A DNA stretch of 64,000 bases from an uncultured virus (IMG/VR IMGVR_UViG_3300042522_001545) (IMGVR_UViG_3300042522_001545:1-64000), one strand, 5' to 3'; counted from the first letter of the stretch, positions 37,650 through 48,149 are shown. Numbers and translations: made by a program. The notes: generated by a model from the sequence alone, not told the origin.

Positions 37650-38331
37650 TATAATAAATTACTTGATAAAAACCAAAAAATTCAAAAACTATCTAGAAAT
37701 AGGGGTCAGAATACCGGATGAATGTTTTAATAAAATAGAATGTCCCACAAAACATTCCGTGGACCCTGGACACGAAAAATATTATGATCCTAAAATTGCA
37801 GAAGAATATCACAAAATAACATACAAATTTACATCAGATAAATTCTTTGAATTACTTGATATGGGTTCTTTGGACTTAAACAAAGATTATAAGTGGGACA
37901 TAATATTTATTGACGGCTTGCATCTTGCTGAGCAAGTTGAAAAAGACATACTAAATTCCTTAAACCACCTGAGTCCGTCTGGGATAATTGTAGTTCACGA
38001 CATAAATCCAGCAACTATTCATACTGCCCGAGAAGATTATCAGTACAAAGTCTCAACAAATCAATTTGACAAAGTCACTTATGGTTTTAATTTGGGATAT
38101 TGGAATGGAACTGTTTGGAAAACTTTCTACAAGATGAGAGTAACAAGACCAGATTTAGAGATGTACTCTGTGAACACCGAAGATATGGGGGTGGGCATAA
38201 TAAAAAAAGGAAGTCAAAAGTGTTGCGAATTTGATAATCCTTTTTATGAGTTCAATAAATTTGCCGCAAAAAGAAATTATTACTTGAATTTGATTACAAT
38301 TGAAGAATTTTTGACAAAGGAGAAATGTTGA
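37636..38331 (+). CDS. Class I methyltransferase (Methyltransf_24-like)
   Basis: YLEIGV, VDP, TSD.FF, DIIFIDGLH, IVVHD, WNGTVWK. Confidence 0.85.
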   Translation: MWRNDIINYLIKTKKFKNYLEIGVRIPDECFNKIECPTKHSVDPGHEKYYDPKIAEEYHKITYKFTSDKFFELLDMGSLDLNKDYKWDIIFIDGLHLAEQVEKDILNSLNHLSPSGIIVVHDINPATIHTAREDYQYKVSTNQFDKVTYGFNLGYWNGTVWKTFYKMRVTRPDLEMYSVNTEDMGVGIIKKGSQKCCEFDNPFYEFNKFAAKRNYYLNLITIEEFLTKEKC

Positions 38332-38367
38332 TGAGTTCTTGGAACGATAGAAGATTTCTTAAAGGAA

Positions 38368-39087
38368 ATGAATATGACTAAAAAATTTTACGGTGAAGCT
38401 TTTTTGAATCCTGCTACTTTGGTTAATATAGCATCTAGCCATGAAACATGGCAAGAGATTCTATCTTTTCATCGTCAATTAGCAACAGACGATTATGTTA
38501 AATATCTTGACAGATGGTATAACAAATGTATTAATCTTTATGGAAAAAATTGGTTCTATTTGGATATTATCAATGTATTATACTCTGCTTCTAAAGTTTT
38601 AAAGCCAAAAAATTATTTAGAAATAGGGGTTCGTCGTGGTCGGTCTGCGTGCACTGTTGTAAGAGGATGTCCTTCGGTTGATATTTGTGCTTTTGATATG
38701 TGGGTGTCTAATTATGCCAATATGGATAATCCCGGATCAAATTTTGTACAACAAGAATTATCTCGTCATGAACATTGTGGCAAAGTTCATTTTATCAACG
38801 GCAACAGTCATGAAACATTACCGTCTTTTTTTAATACAAATTCAGATTTGAAATTTGATTTAATTACCGTAGACGGAGATCACTCTGCGGAGGGGGCAAC
38901 CAAAGATTTAGAAGATGTTATACCTTATCTTTCTGTGGGTGGAGTTCTTGTTTTTGATGACATATCTCATCCTCAACACCGCTATTTATTAGATGTATGG
39001 AAATCTGTAATAAGCAAACATAATAACTTAACTGATTATTGTTTTACTGAGATTGGTTACGGAGTAGCTTTTGCTATAAAGACATGA
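38368..39087 (+). CDS. Class I methyltransferase (Methyltransf_24-like)
   Basis: YLEIGVRRGRS, GNS, FDLITVDGDH, GGVLVFDD. Confidence 0.85.
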   Translation: MNMTKKFYGEAFLNPATLVNIASSHETWQEILSFHRQLATDDYVKYLDRWYNKCINLYGKNWFYLDIINVLYSASKVLKPKNYLEIGVRRGRSACTVVRGCPSVDICAFDMWVSNYANMDNPGSNFVQQELSRHEHCGKVHFINGNSHETLPSFFNTNSDLKFDLITVDGDHSAEGATKDLEDVIPYLSVGGVLVFDDISHPQHRYLLDVWKSVISKHNNLTDYCFTEIGYGVAFAIKT

Positions 39088-39935
39088 ACGCAGAAAAAGT
39101 TTTAATATTGGGATCAAGGGGCTTTTTTGGCAAGAATTTCATAAGCAAATTCAACTCCCAAGTATTTTATAATGACAATCTGAACTTAGAAAATTATGAA
39201 GAATTGTTTGTTTACCTTAATAGCATAAGGCCAACAGTCGTTATCAACTGTGCTGGAGTGGTCGGCAGTTCCATAGGTAATATTGATGACTTAGAAATAT
39301 TTGAAAGAAACAACAAAATTCTACACAATGTTTTTTCTGTGTGCTCAAAATTCAAAACAAAATTAGTAGTATTTTCAACATACAGAGTTTTCGGAGATGC
39401 CGAACAATATAGTGAAAGTGATGTTCATCTATCAGAGATAAAAAACAACTCTGGGTATTTGTTATCAAAGAAAGTTTTAGACTATTATATCAAAGCTTAC
39501 TCCGAACAAATAAAGATATTGTGTCTTTTTTTGACTAATGCCTATGGAGAGCACGATTTATTTAGCGAACAAAGTAGGATTGTTCCTGCTTCCATATTTA
39601 AGATTTCTAACTACGATAAAGTATTTGTTGATTGTAATGAAAAAACTCAAGTTAACTTATTATACATAGATGACATATTGAAAATAGTAGAACACCTTTT
39701 AAACAATAATGTGTATTGTAATAAGATAGTTTTTAATACAAAGAATACAATAACAATAAAAAATCTACATGAACTTATTATGGATAAGATGAATAGGAGC
39801 ATAGATATAAAATACAACAATTCAAAACAAATTGTTTCGGCTAACTCTCCAAAAAATACTAACTTTAAATTTGATTACACTGATATGGATTATGGGCTGT
39901 CCAAAACAATTAAGTTTCACATGAGGCATAAATGA
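39084..39935 (+). CDS. NAD-dependent sugar epimerase/reductase (GDP-fucose-synthase-like extended SDR)
   Basis: GSRGFFG, NCAGVVG, ST, YLLSK (YxxxK), NAYG. Confidence 0.8.
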   Translation: MNAEKVLILGSRGFFGKNFISKFNSQVFYNDNLNLENYEELFVYLNSIRPTVVINCAGVVGSSIGNIDDLEIFERNNKILHNVFSVCSKFKTKLVVFSTYRVFGDAEQYSESDVHLSEIKNNSGYLLSKKVLDYYIKAYSEQIKILCLFLTNAYGEHDLFSEQSRIVPASIFKISNYDKVFVDCNEKTQVNLLYIDDILKIVEHLLNNNVYCNKIVFNTKNTITIKNLHELIMDKMNRSIDIKYNNSKQIVSANSPKNTNFKFDYTDMDYGLSKTIKFHMRHK

Positions 39936-40078
39936 AGTACTATTTGTTGATAATTGCGAAATGTTGTAATGCATCAAGAGTATACATCATTGAGTATGTA
40001 TAATGAAATATTACCATTAAAAACAATATATGATGATTACTTTAACGAAACAATAAAAACTTATAAAAAATATTATAT

Positions 40079-40798
40079 ATGAAAACTTGCTATGTATTTG
40101 CTTGCGGCCCATCTATTAAGGACCAAGATTTAAAAAAAATAAAAGATAATCCTTGTGTTACAATTAGTAATTTTTTTGTTCACCCAGAATTTCAGAATAT
40201 GAATGTAAAGTATCATATTTTTGGACATTTGCACCATCCTATTACTTATGAAATGGGAGTTGCGTGGTTTAAAGAGTGTGAAACTTGTGTAAACAAAAAA
40301 ACAAAAGTATTAATTCATATCAAGGATAAGCATATTGTTACAAATAACAATTTATTTGTAAATAATGAAGTTATTTATTGGGATAATGATGGACAATTCC
40401 CAGAAACTATACCAAACCGCATGGGACATTATGAAACTATAGCTCAGATTGGTTTGCAAATGGGTTATTATGTTGCTAAGCAAGAGAGCATTGACCAAGT
40501 ACTTGTTATGGGAATAGATCATAGTTGGGTAAACCATATTGGTGAAACAAAACATTTTTATGATGAATCTCAGAGTGTTTTGTCTAGGATGGGGTATAAT
40601 GAGTGGTTTTGGTTTACGGGCCGTGGAGGCGTTTGTAACGATTCAGATCTTGAAAGACAAAAAAATATACTGAATCAAATGAATAATTCATACCGTGAGT
40701 ATGGCGAATTGTGTGAAAAAAGAGGCGTATCGGTATATAACGGCACACCAAATAGTTTAATAACAGGTTTAAAATTTTTCAAAAACACAGTACAGTAA
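40079..40798 (+). CDS. DUF115/Maf-like putative nonulosonate transferase
   Basis: CYVFACGPSI, SN, MGIDHS, HFYD, YNGT..S pattern shared with DUF115/Maf/GT42-type proteins. Confidence 0.55.
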   Translation: MKTCYVFACGPSIKDQDLKKIKDNPCVTISNFFVHPEFQNMNVKYHIFGHLHHPITYEMGVAWFKECETCVNKKTKVLIHIKDKHIVTNNNLFVNNEVIYWDNDGQFPETIPNRMGHYETIAQIGLQMGYYVAKQESIDQVLVMGIDHSWVNHIGETKHFYDESQSVLSRMGYNEWFWFTGRGGVCNDSDLERQKNILNQMNNSYREYGELCEKRGVSVYNGTPNSLITGLKFFKNTVQ

Positions 40799-40818
40799 AA
40801 TAATAAGGAATTAAACAC

Positions 40819-41106
40819 ATGAATACATTAGGGTTAAATCCTTTTAATGGAGATTACTTCTTACAAGCAGAATATAGTAAACTAATTGAAAAGCATAAGC
40901 CTGATTTACTATTAGAAACTGGAAGTTTTGAAGGAATAACAACAGAGTATATGTGTAGATTCGGCCCACCAGTCATCCAATTTTTTGATATAGTATATGG
41001 CAAAGACAAATACGTCTACAGATACAATGAAGAAGCCGCAGGAGCAAGGCGCGGAGTAATATTTTTAGAACCCATAGAGACAGAACGGGACAATACCCTT
41101 GTTTAA
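40819..41106 (+). pseudogene. Internally deleted methyltransferase remnant
   Basis: Only the SAM-motif-I-like LLETGSFEGITT segment is present, joined in frame to a C-terminal-like YRYN...RRGVIF segment; 95 aa is too short for the fold. Confidence 0.5.
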
Positions 41107-41923
41107 AACTAAAATCATAGCCGAGATAGGCATTAATCATAATGGCGATGCTAATATATGCAAACAATTAATAGACATAGCGTCTATTGCTGGGTGTGAT
41201 TTTGTAAAAATTCAAAAACGAACTCCAGAGCTTTGTGTTCCAGAAAATCAAAAAAATAAAATTAGATCTACTACTTGGGGAGACATGTCTTATCTAGACT
41301 ACAAAAAAAAGATAGAGTTTGAAGAAGCACAAATTAAAGAAATTAAAGAATACGCTGACAATAAAAATATTATTTTTTTTGCTAGTGTATGGGACAAACC
41401 CAGCGCTGAAATCATGAGCAAATACTCAGACATTACTAAGATAGCATCTGCTTCTATCACAGACTTAGATTTGTGTAAATATGTTAGAAATAAATTCAAA
41501 ACACTTATAATCTCTACGGGCATGAGCACTGAAGAAGAAATAAGTAGATGTATAAACGAATGCAATCCAGACATTATAATGCATACTAATAGTACATATC
41601 CTTGTCCGGTAGAAGAAATAAACTTAAACTATATCAAATGGCTTAAAAATAAATGGAAAAATAAAGAAATAGGTTATAGTGGCCATGAATATGGATTAGT
41701 TTCTACTTTTGCTGCCGTAGCAATAGGAGCAGAATGGATCGAGAGGCACATTACATTGAATCATAATATGTGGGGTAGTGACCATTTAAGTAGTTTGGAG
41801 CCTGCTGGTGTATTTAAGTTAGTAAAAGGCATTAGGGATATAGAAAATTCTACAAAATATCCTATTGGTCCAAGAATATTATTTGAAAATGAAAAAATAA
41901 AGAGGGGTAGTTTAAGAAAATGA
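41099..41923 (+). CDS. neuB: N-acetylneuraminate/nonulosonate synthase (no SAF domain)
   Basis: IAEIGINHNGD, KIQKR, KIAS, ISTGMS, STYP, GYSGHE, IERHITL, GSDH..SLEP. Confidence 0.92.
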   Translation: MFKTKIIAEIGINHNGDANICKQLIDIASIAGCDFVKIQKRTPELCVPENQKNKIRSTTWGDMSYLDYKKKIEFEEAQIKEIKEYADNKNIIFFASVWDKPSAEIMSKYSDITKIASASITDLDLCKYVRNKFKTLIISTGMSTEEEISRCINECNPDIIMHTNSTYPCPVEEINLNYIKWLKNKWKNKEIGYSGHEYGLVSTFAAVAIGAEWIERHITLNHNMWGSDHLSSLEPAGVFKLVKGIRDIENSTKYPIGPRILFENEKIKRGSLRK

Positions 41924-42954
41924 AAATTTTATATATAGGGTATAATGTAGACCAGCTTAATTGGGGGTGTCGATCCACTCCAAAAGCATTGTTACAAATA
42001 ATACAATCTGCTTTAAAACCCGATAAAATTTTAAAGATTGGCAATAATGAACTGATAAAAACTGATTTTACAAAAATAGAAAAAAATATAAAAGAATGTG
42101 ACATAGTAATAATTAATGGAGAAGGAAGTCCAATATTTAGATCTCCTATTAGGAATGATTTTGATAAACATCTAATGGTTATTGAATATTGTGGCAAAAT
42201 AAACAAAAAATGTTTATATGTCAATGCAATGATTTCAAAATGCCCAAAGACTCCTTTTGATAACGAAACGTATAATAGGGCACTTAAAGCTTGGTCTAAG
42301 TGTTGTGAATTGGTGATTAGAGATCCGATTTCGGGTTATTTAATTGATAGCAAATTAGACTATTCATATATCCCGGATGCGTTGTTTACTTGGCAATCTC
42401 ACAGAATAAAAACAGGAGATTATATTTTGCTGGGCGGGGGATCATCTCCTCCTAATCATGATCAAATAGAAAATAAAAAATTATCATATTTAAAATTAAT
42501 AGATAAGATTTCTGGACTAGCAAAAGTAAAATTAGTGCAAAACTGCGGTGGAGATTATTGGATGGAACAATTGGCTAAAGATCATGGCTTTGAATTAATA
42601 CCGAAAGAATGTGATATAGACCAGGGAATGAAAGAACTACAAATGGCTCAGGTTTATATTTCTGGACGATTTCATCCATCAATAATGGCATCTCTCAATG
42701 GAACTCCTTGTATATTTTTTGAAAGTAATAGTGATAAAACTATGCACATCCAAAAAATACTAGAGTATAAAAACCCTGTCGTTTTTACATTTCCATTATT
42801 AGATGAACAAATTAACGAAATTTATAATTTAACTAAATACTATTTAGAAAATAACGAAAGCGTGCGTGAAAACATAATAAAAACATGCCAGATTTTAAGC
42901 AAGCAGTCTTTATCTGGTTATACAAGTATATTTAAAAAATATAAAGTGGCTTAA
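41920..42954 (+). CDS. Polysaccharide pyruvyl-transferase-like protein
   Basis: NWGC, INGEGS, RD..S, IPDALF, SGRFH...ASLNGTP. Confidence 0.75.
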   Translation: MKILYIGYNVDQLNWGCRSTPKALLQIIQSALKPDKILKIGNNELIKTDFTKIEKNIKECDIVIINGEGSPIFRSPIRNDFDKHLMVIEYCGKINKKCLYVNAMISKCPKTPFDNETYNRALKAWSKCCELVIRDPISGYLIDSKLDYSYIPDALFTWQSHRIKTGDYILLGGGSSPPNHDQIENKKLSYLKLIDKISGLAKVKLVQNCGGDYWMEQLAKDHGFELIPKECDIDQGMKELQMAQVYISGRFHPSIMASLNGTPCIFFESNSDKTMHIQKILEYKNPVVFTFPLLDEQINEIYNLTKYYLENNESVRENIIKTCQILSKQSLSGYTSIFKKYKVA

Positions 42955-43011
42955 AAATAAATGAAAAAAGTACTACACATTTGGGGAGTAAAAGAAATAA
43001 AATAAAACATT

Positions 43012-43644
43012 ATGAATATAAAAACACTTATATTAGCTAGAGGAGGAAGCAAAGGCATACCAGGTAAAAATATCATTGATATTAATGGCAAGCCTTTAAT
43101 CCAGTATACAATAGACGCAGCCAAAGCATCCAAAGCCAATGATGTATGGGTTAGCACTAATTGCGATAAAATTGCTAGCGTTGCCATGCAATTAGGATCT
43201 AATGTAGTTAAACGACCAGAAAATATTTCAGGAGACAAATCCAAAAGCGAAGAAGCATTGTTGCACTTTGCTAGTCTTCAAGATTTTGACATCTTGGTTT
43301 TTATTCAGCCAACATCTCCATTAATTTTGCCAGATGATATTAATCGTGGTTTAGATATGATAAACGAATATGATTCAATTTTTAGTGCATATGAGGAACA
43401 CTGGAATCCTAGGTGGGATTTAAATACAAGTCCAGACAATTGGGACACAACTTCTCGTCCAATGAGACAAGATGTGGAGGCAAAATGGGTAGAAAATGGT
43501 GCTATTTATATAACTAAAAGAGAATGCTTAATAAAATCCGGTTTGAGATATAGCGGGAAAATGGGCATAGTAAATATGCCTATATATAGAAGTTTTCAAC
43601 TAGATACACTAGAGGATTTAGAATTGATGCGCAGATTATTGTGA
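43012..43644 (+). CDS. neuA: CMP-N-acetylneuraminate (acylneuraminate) cytidylyltransferase
   Basis: ILARGGSKGIPGKN, VST, RP, QPTSP, RQD, ENGAIY, LDT.ED. Confidence 0.93.
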   Translation: MNIKTLILARGGSKGIPGKNIIDINGKPLIQYTIDAAKASKANDVWVSTNCDKIASVAMQLGSNVVKRPENISGDKSKSEEALLHFASLQDFDILVFIQPTSPLILPDDINRGLDMINEYDSIFSAYEEHWNPRWDLNTSPDNWDTTSRPMRQDVEAKWVENGAIYITKRECLIKSGLRYSGKMGIVNMPIYRSFQLDTLEDLELMRRLL

Positions 43645-43749
43645 AAAAATTTAAATTAGACCAAAGTCAAAGGAGTAGATGTGAAACGTGGTTTATCTAC
43701 ATCTGAATTTTATAGAGAGTAAGCATGAGCAACACACAGAATATAGAAA

Positions 43750-43851
43750 TGGTTAGAAAAGCCGTTCCCTATATGCGAGTACGACCCAGGAATGCCCGGA
43801 AAAGAAACCATCCCCGAACCTGCTGACATAGTTGTATGCACGAGGACTTAA
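43750..43851 (+). pseudogene. Startless fragment of a phage class I methyltransferase
   Basis: Frame reads WLEKPFPICEYDPGMPGKETIPEPADIVVCT, the YDP..PGK...P.PADxVVCT motif that normally continues into DVLEH. Confidence 0.55.
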
Positions 43852-44480
43852 TGAATAAAATACTATTCACCCAGTGGTTCAAAGCCACACCCGAAATTCT
43901 AACTTACAATCTTTACTGTTTATATCAAAACCTTTCTAATGAAAGAATAGACAAACTAGTTCTATTTACTGATAATTGCGAATTTGACACAATTTTCAAT
44001 AAAAAGTTGATTGTTGTTCCAATACAAACAAGACTTTCTTATAAAATGTGGATGGACTATGCTGATAAAGAATATCCAGAAGATATAAAAATACTATCTA
44101 ATTCTGATGTTTATTTTGATGAATCATTGTGTTTTTTGGATAAAATAAACGAATGGGAAGAAACACTGTACTTATTGACAAGAAAAGATTTGACCAAAGA
44201 TGGTAATATAGTGCCATCAGCAGCAGATCACAACCCAGACAATAAAAAACACATATCTACTATTTGTTCACAAGATGCTTGGGTGTACAAAAAAATAAGT
44301 TATGATTTTAACAAAGATTGGAACTTGGGAGTTCTTCATTGCGAAAATCATTTTAGAAAAAATGCCGAAAAATCTGGCGTTGTTATCGTTAATTTGTTTG
44401 AACATATAGATTTAATACATGTTGACTGGAGACAAAACAAAAAATATACTCAAAGCCCTTATCGTTCTTATGAGAACTAA
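43851..44480 (+). CDS. Putative GT-A glycosyltransferase
   Basis: NSDVYFD, LTR, SQDAWV, G..HCEN; SD GAGG before the ATG at 43851. Confidence 0.55.
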   Translation: MNKILFTQWFKATPEILTYNLYCLYQNLSNERIDKLVLFTDNCEFDTIFNKKLIVVPIQTRLSYKMWMDYADKEYPEDIKILSNSDVYFDESLCFLDKINEWEETLYLLTRKDLTKDGNIVPSAADHNPDNKKHISTICSQDAWVYKKISYDFNKDWNLGVLHCENHFRKNAEKSGVVIVNLFEHIDLIHVDWRQNKKYTQSPYRSYEN

Positions 44481-44592
44481 TACACAGATATGTGCTGGAA
44501 AAAAGAGTTTAGTTAGGTGTAATTTAATTGGTCCCTCAAGTAATAGTAGGTCTGAAAAATGGCTAATTGATAGGTTTAATTAAGGAATAAAT

Positions 44593-45423
44593 ATGAAAAT
44601 AGTGATGATTGCAAGATGGACCGGGTGGATCCAAGAACCGCCCTTTGAAAGACAATATCGTTATCCGATGTTTGCGGCGGCCCACGCTGTTTCACTGATT
44701 AAAAATGGCGGGCTGCTTCCACAAGATATCTATGTAATATCAGATATACAAGAATCTAAATACTTGGATTTTTTGAATAATATAGGAGTAAAAGTTTGGA
44801 GAACAAGTTCAAACTTGCAAAAATTTACGAAGTGCATTGAAGTTGCAAAAGAACATCCAGAAGAAATTATTTGCTGGGTTGATTCCGACATGTATTTGTT
44901 TGGCAAAGTTGATTTTAACTCAGCTGTAAAAGATATGTTGGGAGAATCGGAAATGTTGGTCGGAGACGGTGGCTCCTTCGATGCTAAAGAAAAAATTATA
45001 AAAAGCACAAAACAATGGGATCCAAATGACTTTTACAAAGTTTGGGGTTTTACTATTGAAGAACTTATAGAATGGTCTGTTGAAAAACAAAAAAAATGGT
45101 GTTTGGGAGTAGTATATGCTCTAAAATCTCAATCGCTAATTAACTACGAAAAGCAAATGGATAGGAATTCATATGATGAATTATTGGCTTTTGCATTATC
45201 AAAACTAATAAAGACCGAATATCTTCCATCCAAAAATAGTAATCTGATAGTTAAAGGTATTGACTCTTCTCTCCTATTTTATTTGAAAAATCCACATGAC
45301 CCAAACTCCGCACCGGAAGATTTTTATTGGGTTCATTATGGCGGAGGCTCTAAAGTTCTTGATATAAATACGCATTTAAATGATTTCTGTAACGGTGTGA
45401 TTAAAAACTACAAGGAAGTATAG
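44593..45423 (+). CDS. Putative GT-A (GT8-like) glycosyltransferase
   Basis: K, WVDSD, DE, VHYGG.K. Confidence 0.5.
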   Translation: MKIVMIARWTGWIQEPPFERQYRYPMFAAAHAVSLIKNGGLLPQDIYVISDIQESKYLDFLNNIGVKVWRTSSNLQKFTKCIEVAKEHPEEIICWVDSDMYLFGKVDFNSAVKDMLGESEMLVGDGGSFDAKEKIIKSTKQWDPNDFYKVWGFTIEELIEWSVEKQKKWCLGVVYALKSQSLINYEKQMDRNSYDELLAFALSKLIKTEYLPSKNSNLIVKGIDSSLLFYLKNPHDPNSAPEDFYWVHYGGGSKVLDINTHLNDFCNGVIKNYKEV

Positions 45424-45463
45424 GATAATAAAAGTAGGCTTAATATATAAATCAAGAAAAGAG

Positions 45464-46051
45464 GTGTTGCCAATGGTAAAAAATGAACCTAATTATTTCA
45501 ACTATTCTAGCTTTTACGAATTCATATCAAAACAAAATTTTAAAACTTTTGTTGAAGTTGGTGTGTTTTTTGGCTTGTCAATTAGTTTTTTAGCGCAAAA
45601 AATCAAAAGCAAAGATGGTGTAAAAATTTACGGAGTAGATTTATTTGACACCTGGGCAGGCAAAGAAGAAATTGAATCTTTGTATGACACAAAAGGTTTG
45701 TCTGACGAAGATAGATTAAAAAAACTTGGTGAATACAAGTATAATTTCGTTGTCAATAGATTAAATAAAGTTGGATGTAATCATTTTGTTGAACTTATAA
45801 AAAGTGATAGTTCTGCTGCCGCATCATTGTTTGAAAACGAATCATTAGATTTTGTTTTTATAGACGGAAACCACTGGTACGATTATGTAAAAAAAGATAT
45901 AGAAGCATGGTTGCCTAAAATTAAAAAAGGAGGAATCGTCTCAGGACATGATTATCAAGAAAAAGGGGTTTCAACTGCGGTTGAAGAGATTTTCGGCCAT
46001 TCTGCCCAAGTTTTTGAAAAATCAATATCTTGCTGGTATGTACATATTTAA
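45464..46051 (+). CDS. Class I methyltransferase (Methyltransf_24-like)
   Basis: VEVGVFFG.S, GVDLF, DFVFIDGNH, GGIVSGHDY. Confidence 0.88.
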   Translation: MLPMVKNEPNYFNYSSFYEFISKQNFKTFVEVGVFFGLSISFLAQKIKSKDGVKIYGVDLFDTWAGKEEIESLYDTKGLSDEDRLKKLGEYKYNFVVNRLNKVGCNHFVELIKSDSSAAASLFENESLDFVFIDGNHWYDYVKKDIEAWLPKIKKGGIVSGHDYQEKGVSTAVEEIFGHSAQVFEKSISCWYVHI

Positions 46052-46137
46052 GAAAAAGAGGTAAAAATGGAAAGTTTCGTAACTTTATCGTCCGATTTTA
46101 ATAATCACTATATTAAAAACTACATAGAGAATATCAC

Positions 46138-46827
46138 ATGAAATATGACAGCTTAACCAATGAATTTAAAACATCTTCAGACTGGGATGAGGTTGTTGGA
46201 CTAGAAGGTAATTTTACTCTGGGTGTTGGATATTGTTATCTTCTAGAGATAAAAGAGATTTTCAAGAAAAACCATAAAAACTATCACTTTTTTGATGTTA
46301 AATGGGGAAGGTGCGGAACCACCTACCTATTCTCTGCTTTAAGACCATCCAACATAATAGTACTAACAGCTTGGTCAAACTCGGCAGTATTATGCGAAAA
46401 AACTTCTATTCTATTTAAAATATGGAGAGAAATTCTACTTAATTTATCTTCTCTAAATGTGAACATGATGATTTTTGATACCCCTGCGGCTTGGCATAGA
46501 TCAGAAATGTACCACAATATAGGTGCTACATCCATGAGATCTAGAATTCAAGAGAGAAAAAAAATGTATTTTGATGAGGTGGTTCAGCCTTCTCTAATAA
46601 ACAATAAGACCCAATATATTGATTTAAACACAATTATATCAGAAGAGTCTCTTTGTATAACTGAAAATACTAATAATATAAAGTCCATATCTAGCCCTTG
46701 GCACTTATCAAAAAATACTCTAGAAGCTATTGCTCAATACTTTATAGACACCAATAATAACTCCTCAACACAAAACTTATCAGACACTATTAAAAGTTTA
46801 GAGTTTGCTGCTAAAAATAAATGTTAA
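46138..46827 (+). CDS. Hypothetical protein (possibly SGNH-like)
   Basis: 229 aa ORF; C-terminal SPWHL resembles the SGNH DxxH block. Confidence 0.5.
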   Translation: MKYDSLTNEFKTSSDWDEVVGLEGNFTLGVGYCYLLEIKEIFKKNHKNYHFFDVKWGRCGTTYLFSALRPSNIIVLTAWSNSAVLCEKTSILFKIWREILLNLSSLNVNMMIFDTPAAWHRSEMYHNIGATSMRSRIQERKKMYFDEVVQPSLINNKTQYIDLNTIISEESLCITENTNNIKSISSPWHLSKNTLEAIAQYFIDTNNNSSTQNLSDTIKSLEFAAKNKC

Positions 46828-48149
46828 CTTTAACCACCTTTAAATGCCCTAATTGCCAAAAGGAAGATCATCAAAAAATTCTATTTATAGGATCAGAATT
46901 CTCTTATAAGTGCGTTCATTGTGATTCCGTACATTGCTTTTTAGAAAATCTATTTTGGGATTTTACAGACAATTTTAATAGACATGGCTGTGGTAATTAT
47001 AAGTGGTCCCTTAATAGATATATTGGAACTATTAATTCAGAAGGGGCCTGGACAGGAAACGAACAACTCGCCCCAAGTGCTAAAGGGGACTATGTATCAG
47101 AAGTTAGAATTAAAGCTCGTGAGTTTTTTCGTCATAGTATAGAGAGCATGAAAACAAATCACGATATTACTAGATTAGAAAAAATAAAACTATCCAATAA
47201 ACAGCCACAAACAATCTATATCGCTAATGCTATCTGCACGGAGCACTTCCAAGACTGCTTAAGAGCGATAGTAAGAATTAAAGAACATACACAAAAAGAA
47301 ATATCTAAAGATACCTATAACATTTTAATATTAGATCAAAAGACCAAATTTTTTGTCAAGCCTTTTAATAAAATTATGGGTCTTGATGAAATATGGTATG
47401 TTGATTGGTCTCCAATATTCACATGGAACCATGGGATGCATAATATACGCCATATCTCAGAATCAGTAATCCTCAATAATAGTATAAATATCGAACTTGA
47501 TAAATATCAATCATTAACCAGATGCATTTCTAAAAATACATTTCCAAGTATCTATGGTACAGACATTATTAAAGATTTATTTCAAAACAATAAAATCTTA
47601 CTTAAAAATTCTAATGGTATAGTTTTAAATAAAAAATATATTGCGGTCTTAATACACTCAGATAATACTCGTAGGGCGGGTTTGGCTTCTGCGGCACAAT
47701 TAAAAGATGTTTGTGCTCTAATTAAAAAAAGAGGACTATATCCTATTATTGTAGCATGTACAGATAGTGAAATTAATATGGCTAAATCTGTTGATGGAGA
47801 AGAAGTATTAATAGCATATTCAGTTGAAAAACAGGCTTGTTTTTATCAAAACTATTGTATGGGCGTTGTTGGAACTAATTGTTCTGGATGTAATATACCA
47901 TGCTTATATAATATACCATTATTTACTATGGCTAAAGGAAGAGTATTCCCGGATGACTTTTATTCTATGGGAAGATTGCTTTCTACATACGACTGTAAAG
48001 AGGCTTTTTTTGGCAAGCTAACTAAGCCAACAAATGTTATAGAAATACCAATTGACCCCTATCAACCAACAAGTATTATGAATGTACAGGATGAGTTCTT
48101 TAATTGGATAACTCTTTTAATAAACAATCAAAATAAAACTATATTATGA
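46821..48149 (+). CDS. Hypothetical protein: N-terminal zinc ribbon plus possible GT-B domain
   Basis: CPNC...CVHC; VVGTNCSG GT9-like motif. Confidence 0.5.
   Translation: MLTLTTFKCPNCQKEDHQKILFIGSEFSYKCVHCDSVHCFLENLFWDFTDNFNRHGCGNYKWSLNRYIGTINSEGAWTGNEQLAPSAKGDYVSEVRIKAREFFRHSIESMKTNHDITRLEKIKLSNKQPQTIYIANAICTEHFQDCLRAIVRIKEHTQKEISKDTYNILILDQKTKFFVKPFNKIMGLDEIWYVDWSPIFTWNHGMHNIRHISESVILNNSINIELDKYQSLTRCISKNTFPSIYGTDIIKDLFQNNKILLKNSNGIVLNKKYIAVLIHSDNTRRAGLASAAQLKDVCALIKKRGLYPIIVACTDSEINMAKSVDGEEVLIAYSVEKQACFYQNYCMGVVGTNCSGCNIPCLYNIPLFTMAKGRVFPDDFYSMGRLLSTYDCKEAFFGKLTKPTNVIEIPIDPYQPTSIMNVQDEFFNWITLLINNQNKTIL

Noticed and set aside
44516..44522. GGTGTAA variant of the promoter motif
   Set aside because: One mismatch, lies inside a scar mini-ORF and is further from the next start than the plus-strand copies
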